DNA from: Terrimicrobiaceae bacterium
Lineage (GTDB): Bacteria; Verrucomicrobiota; Verrucomicrobiia; Chthoniobacterales; Terrimicrobiaceae
DNA length: 64,000 nucleotides
Direction: 5' to 3'
NCBI GenBank assembly: GCA_044340205.1
Contig: JBIIUB010000002.1
Coordinates: 7,125 to 71,124 of the forward strand
Within the stretch, counting starts at the first letter, position 1; every line of letters begins with the position of its first letter. A model generated the notes under the pieces. The model saw only the letters and a list, made by a program, of their open reading frames with translations, ran no database searches and was not told where the DNA came from. This document shows positions 60,827 through 64,000 of the stretch, piece by piece. The position numbers and the translations under genes are program-made.

Positions 60827-61785
60827 TCCTCTAAAACCGCAGCACCGAAACCATGTCGACCAAATTCATTCCCATTATACAACAAATAAGTTTGACCGCC
60901 GGATTGACAAATTCCTGGATAACACATCATGTCGGAATCCCATGACTTACTGTCATTCTTGAGTGGTATAGCATGATCATCTCGTTCCCAATGAATCAAA
61001 TCTTTGGAAACCGCATGTCCAATCTGATATCCGCGAGATGGATTGGTGCGAAAATCGTGCGAGTGCCGGAAGCAAAAAAACATGTGATAAAGACCATTGA
61101 TTTTTGTCACGCATGGCAATGCTTGGCATTCAAGTTCACCAATGGCATCCGGGATGATGGCAATGCCTTCGGCAGTTTTTTCCCATTCGACTCCATCGGA
61201 AGAAATTGCATGGCCGATCTTGTAGGTTCTTTCCGGCACGCCACCATCTTCATAGGTCTGCCAGCCTTTTCCAAAAATATACCACATGTGGAACGCCCCC
61301 CCATCTTGAAGAACGAAACCATCCCCCACTAAGCAAGGCTCTCGCAAAGAACTTGTCAGAACTGGACCAATACCAACCCGCTTGAAGGACAACCCTCCAT
61401 CACTACTAATCGCCAAGCCAATACCTGTTTCTACCGAGACTGAAACGCGGCGACTCCATCCACATGTGTAGCCCAACAATTTTTTTCCGGACTTCACCAC
61501 ATTCATTGGGAAAATTCCGTGCTCGTCAAAACAGCCGAGGCCTCCTCTTTCAATCACTGGGCGCTCAGAAACACAGAGAACTTCTGAAAAATCGGGCGCA
61601 AAATCAACAAAAGCAACATCGCTTATAAATTTGCTATTCTTCGGATCGACAGCCCGCGTCGAAAAATAGACGCGCACAAAATTATCGAAAACAACCGGTT
61701 GCGGCGATTGGGCAAAGCCGATGCTGCCCGCAGGCAAGCTATGCTTCGAAAGGTCGAAAACCAAGCCGAGTTTGCGCCACCTCAT
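60823..61785 (-). CDS. Uncharacterised beta-propeller-like protein (GH32/43/130-like fold suspected), paralogue 2
   Basis: 320 aa. It has repeated W/F-rich blade-like segments (GIGLAISSDGGLSFKR, HAISSDGVEWEK, GHAVSKDLIHWER). It is clearly homologous to the adjacent 61782..62759 product. Confidence 0.55.
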   Translation of the reverse strand: MRWRKLGLVFDLSKHSLPAGSIGFAQSPQPVVFDNFVRVYFSTRAVDPKNSKFISDVAFVDFAPDFSEVLCVSERPVIERGGLGCFDEHGIFPMNVVKSGKKLLGYTCGWSRRVSVSVETGIGLAISSDGGLSFKRVGIGPVLTSSLREPCLVGDGFVLQDGGAFHMWYIFGKGWQTYEDGGVPERTYKIGHAISSDGVEWEKTAEGIAIIPDAIGELECQALPCVTKINGLYHMFFCFRHSHDFRTNPSRGYQIGHAVSKDLIHWERDDHAIPLKNDSKSWDSDMMCYPGICQSGGQTYLLYNGNEFGRHGFGAAVLEE

Positions 61786-62759
61786 TCCAATCTGCCTTTC
61801 AACTCAGCCACGCCAAATCCCCAGCGACCTACCGAGTCTCCGAGATAAAACATATAGATTTTACCATTTATTTCAGACAAATGCGGATAACTGACCATTT
61901 CGGCATCCCAGCCTGTATCGGAGGGTAGCAAACCAGCTTTTGCATCATCGCGAGTCCAATTCATCAAGTCCGTGCTGTGAGCGTAGCCGATTCGATAACC
62001 ACGCGAGGCGTTGCGGTAGTCGCGACCTTGCCGATAGCAAAAAAACATATGGTATTTTCCGGAAGAGAAAAAAACATCCGGACTGGCTTGAGCTTCCTCA
62101 TCGCCCAAGACATCAGGAATAAGATCCCCGCCTACTTTCTTCCAGTCCAAACCATTCTCGGAAACCGCAACGCGAATTTTATAAACCGGTTCGGGACGCC
62201 CATTTTCAAGCACCCACTTGCTGCCGGAAATGTAAAAGAGGTAAAATCGGTCTTCAAACTTGCGAATTTTAGGCCCGCTTAAAACAAATGGCTCGTGCAA
62301 GGAGTAAGATAGAATTGGGCCTCTAGCATATTTTTCGAAGGTCGCCCCATCGTCTCTGCTAATGGCCAGACCGATCGCGACATTGAATGGCACAGACTCA
62401 CAACGAGTCCATCCCCCATAATAAAGGAGAACTTCATTTCCGTGCCGGATGGGCGAGACGGGATAAATACCAAACTCATCAAAATCCCCATACCCGCCAT
62501 GCTGCAAAACCGGGGATTCCGAAACGCGCAGAATTTTACGAATGTCATTCTTATCGAAGTCCACCCAAGCCGAATTGCTAACATAGCTTCCATTCGAATC
62601 CGGAGCAGGGCGACATGAGAAGAAAACACGAATGAAGTCATCAAAATGGAGGGTCGCTGGTCCTTGGGCAAACTCCTTCATCCAAGGTCTGTCTGGATAC
62701 GCCATTGGATCAAAAATTTTCCCGAGTTTTTGCCATTCAAACATCATATTCTCTTGCAA
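61782..62759 (-). CDS. Uncharacterised beta-propeller-like protein, paralogue 1
   Basis: 325 aa. It has AIGLAISRDDGATFEK, VAVSENGLDWKK and YAHSTDLMNWTRD. It aligns along its whole length with the 60823..61785 product. Confidence 0.55.
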   Translation of the reverse strand: MQENMMFEWQKLGKIFDPMAYPDRPWMKEFAQGPATLHFDDFIRVFFSCRPAPDSNGSYVSNSAWVDFDKNDIRKILRVSESPVLQHGGYGDFDEFGIYPVSPIRHGNEVLLYYGGWTRCESVPFNVAIGLAISRDDGATFEKYARGPILSYSLHEPFVLSGPKIRKFEDRFYLFYISGSKWVLENGRPEPVYKIRVAVSENGLDWKKVGGDLIPDVLGDEEAQASPDVFFSSGKYHMFFCYRQGRDYRNASRGYRIGYAHSTDLMNWTRDDAKAGLLPSDTGWDAEMVSYPHLSEINGKIYMFYLGDSVGRWGFGVAELKGRLE

Positions 62760-62771
62760 GCATTTTAAGCA

Positions 62772-63470
62772 TTATTCCAATGAATACCCACTGTAAACTT
62801 GTGATCGTGTGCGTTCCTTGATGATGAACATCAAAACATCAAGTATCGATAACCACGGCACAAAGGCATTTCCACTTTGCTGATATTCAAAAGGCAAGGC
62901 TTTCAAAAATTTCAAATCAATTCCATGGCTCGCAAAATCCTCCTTGGAGTAAAGCTCCATTCCACCCACAGGGTTTATATAGGTGTCCGCACCGAGGGCC
63001 TTGCAGATTGCCTGAACCCGCTCGACGGACTTCAGTGAATGGTCGCAATCAATCGTCGAGGAAATCACCAACGGCGTTTTAATTTCCAAGAATCCGCAGA
63101 CCGCGCGGATCGAAGCAAAAATGTAGTCAAAAAGATTCCCTGCTTGGTTCCGAATGACTTCCTCCAAGAGCAGCATGACAGAGGGAAACTGCGACGCTTT
63201 CCTGTAAGCCTCACGAAATCGATTCAACAAATCCTCCCGATAATAGGAATCCGCCAAAAACCTCTGGTTCACATCCAAACAATCCGAATCCTTCCGCAGC
63301 GGCAGACTGAAACCCGCCTCTGCACCATTCAATAAAAACCGGTTCCGGTTGATCCATCCCTTCTTGGTGTATTTGATATTGTCATAAACCACAAAAACAT
63401 CAACTGCCGTGATCAACTGCCAATACCCAATGTAGGGCAAAAAGTAAGGCTGCATAATAGCGAGTTTCAT
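62772..63470 (-). CDS. WbqC-family protein (polysaccharide biosynthesis accessory)
   Basis: 232 aa. The N-terminus MKLAIMQPYFLPYIGYWQLITAVDVFVVYDNIKYTKKGWINRNRF is characteristic of WbqC. Confidence 0.85.
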   Translation of the reverse strand: MKLAIMQPYFLPYIGYWQLITAVDVFVVYDNIKYTKKGWINRNRFLLNGAEAGFSLPLRKDSDCLDVNQRFLADSYYREDLLNRFREAYRKASQFPSVMLLLEEVIRNQAGNLFDYIFASIRAVCGFLEIKTPLVISSTIDCDHSLKSVERVQAICKALGADTYINPVGGMELYSKEDFASHGIDLKFLKALPFEYQQSGNAFVPWLSILDVLMFIIKERTRSQVYSGYSLE

Positions 63471-64000
63471 TCAGAACAATTTAAGCCTAACACGCACTAA
63501 AAGAAAGACTCATTAATCGAATAATAAGATTTTTGAATTTTATTTTTCAGCATGGATATGGAAAGCCAAAGAGATAGAAAATGAAGATGCTAAAAAACGG
63601 AAAGAAGGAGAATATTAACTGGTGGCGGGTTGGTGGTAACGGGGAGCGCTTAGGCGTGGTAAGCACAGAATACAAAATAGTTGAGAGGAACTGCAAATTT
63701 GGCTGATGATTAGCATTTTTCATGCCGAGCGCAAGTGACACACGAAATCCTTAAAAGCTGAAAGTCTTAGAAGCGTGTAAGATTGCGGCTACATGTTTGT
63801 GTTAGAAACTTGAGTATTTTTGCAAATATTGAAATAAACGTCTGCGAGGATTGAAAATGCGTAAAAAAGGAAAAGAAGGTGGTTGATGAGTGTAGGCTGG
63901 AAGCAGTGGATCGTTGGCAAAATTGAATCCCAAAAAAATCGCTGTGCATTTTTGCCTCGCATACGTCAGGATTGCTGGCATTGACCCACAGCGCATGAAC

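Noticed and set aside
63802-63996. 60-64-aa minus-strand ORFs in the terminal AT-rich region
   Set aside because: They give low-complexity, Phe/Ser-rich translations with atypical codon usage, no start context and no motif. There is not enough evidence to call genes.

Overview
This is a GC-rich bacterial chromosomal segment of about 55 genes. It is probably Verrucomicrobiota; that is an inference from a Minf_1886-family gene, mostly Shine-Dalgarno-poor starts and a monomeric IDH. The housekeeping backbone is an M16 peptidase, glyQS, phnDCE-like transporter, monomeric icd, trmB, proC, a DD-carboxypeptidase, a UvrD-type helicase, leuS and tRNA-Glu(CUC). Three accessory blocks interrupt it. (1) At 7.1-29.0 kb lies a two-partner-secretion (TPS) locus. 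Its TpsB (7409-9049) and 3893-aa TpsA (15932-27613) are separated by a complete Ton-like motor: a DUF2341+LamG-fused ExbB, an ExbD and a TonB-like protein. The same gap also holds a porin-like outer-membrane barrel, a periplasmic coiled-coil protein and a SurA/PpiC-type PPIase. An orphan PstS-like binding protein follows the TpsA. A 17-bp direct-repeat motif (GTNACA-N5-GTNACA, 11-bp phasing, Pho-box-like) occurs six times in this window, always in intergenic DNA, and four of the six copies flank this locus. I consider this Ton-energised, possibly phosphate-regulated TPS system the best candidate for a poorly described system. (2) At 29.1-31.4 kb lies a low-GC islet with a small membrane protein, a Sel1-repeat protein, a truncated GT2 remnant and a 135-bp element with perfect 30-bp terminal inverted repeats. 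A second, canonical ExbB-ExbD-TonB operon sits next to it. (3) At 52.1-64.0 kb lies a tRNA-Glu-adjacent glycan island on the minus strand: WbqC, two paralogous beta-propeller proteins, GNAT, methyltransferase, DegT aminotransferase and an 1828-aa multi-glycosyltransferase. That large gene shows a sharp GC-content break exactly at a domain junction. The window also holds a GntR/LacI-type regulator with a NahK-like kinase/epimerase/dehydrogenase/TIM-barrel sugar cluster, a fused binding-protein/permease amino-acid ABC system, a ParE-type toxin-antitoxin pair and a degenerate repeat array upstream of the tRNA. I saw no CRISPR array, rRNA, transposase or integrase. All protein assignments come from reading motifs by eye; no searches were run.
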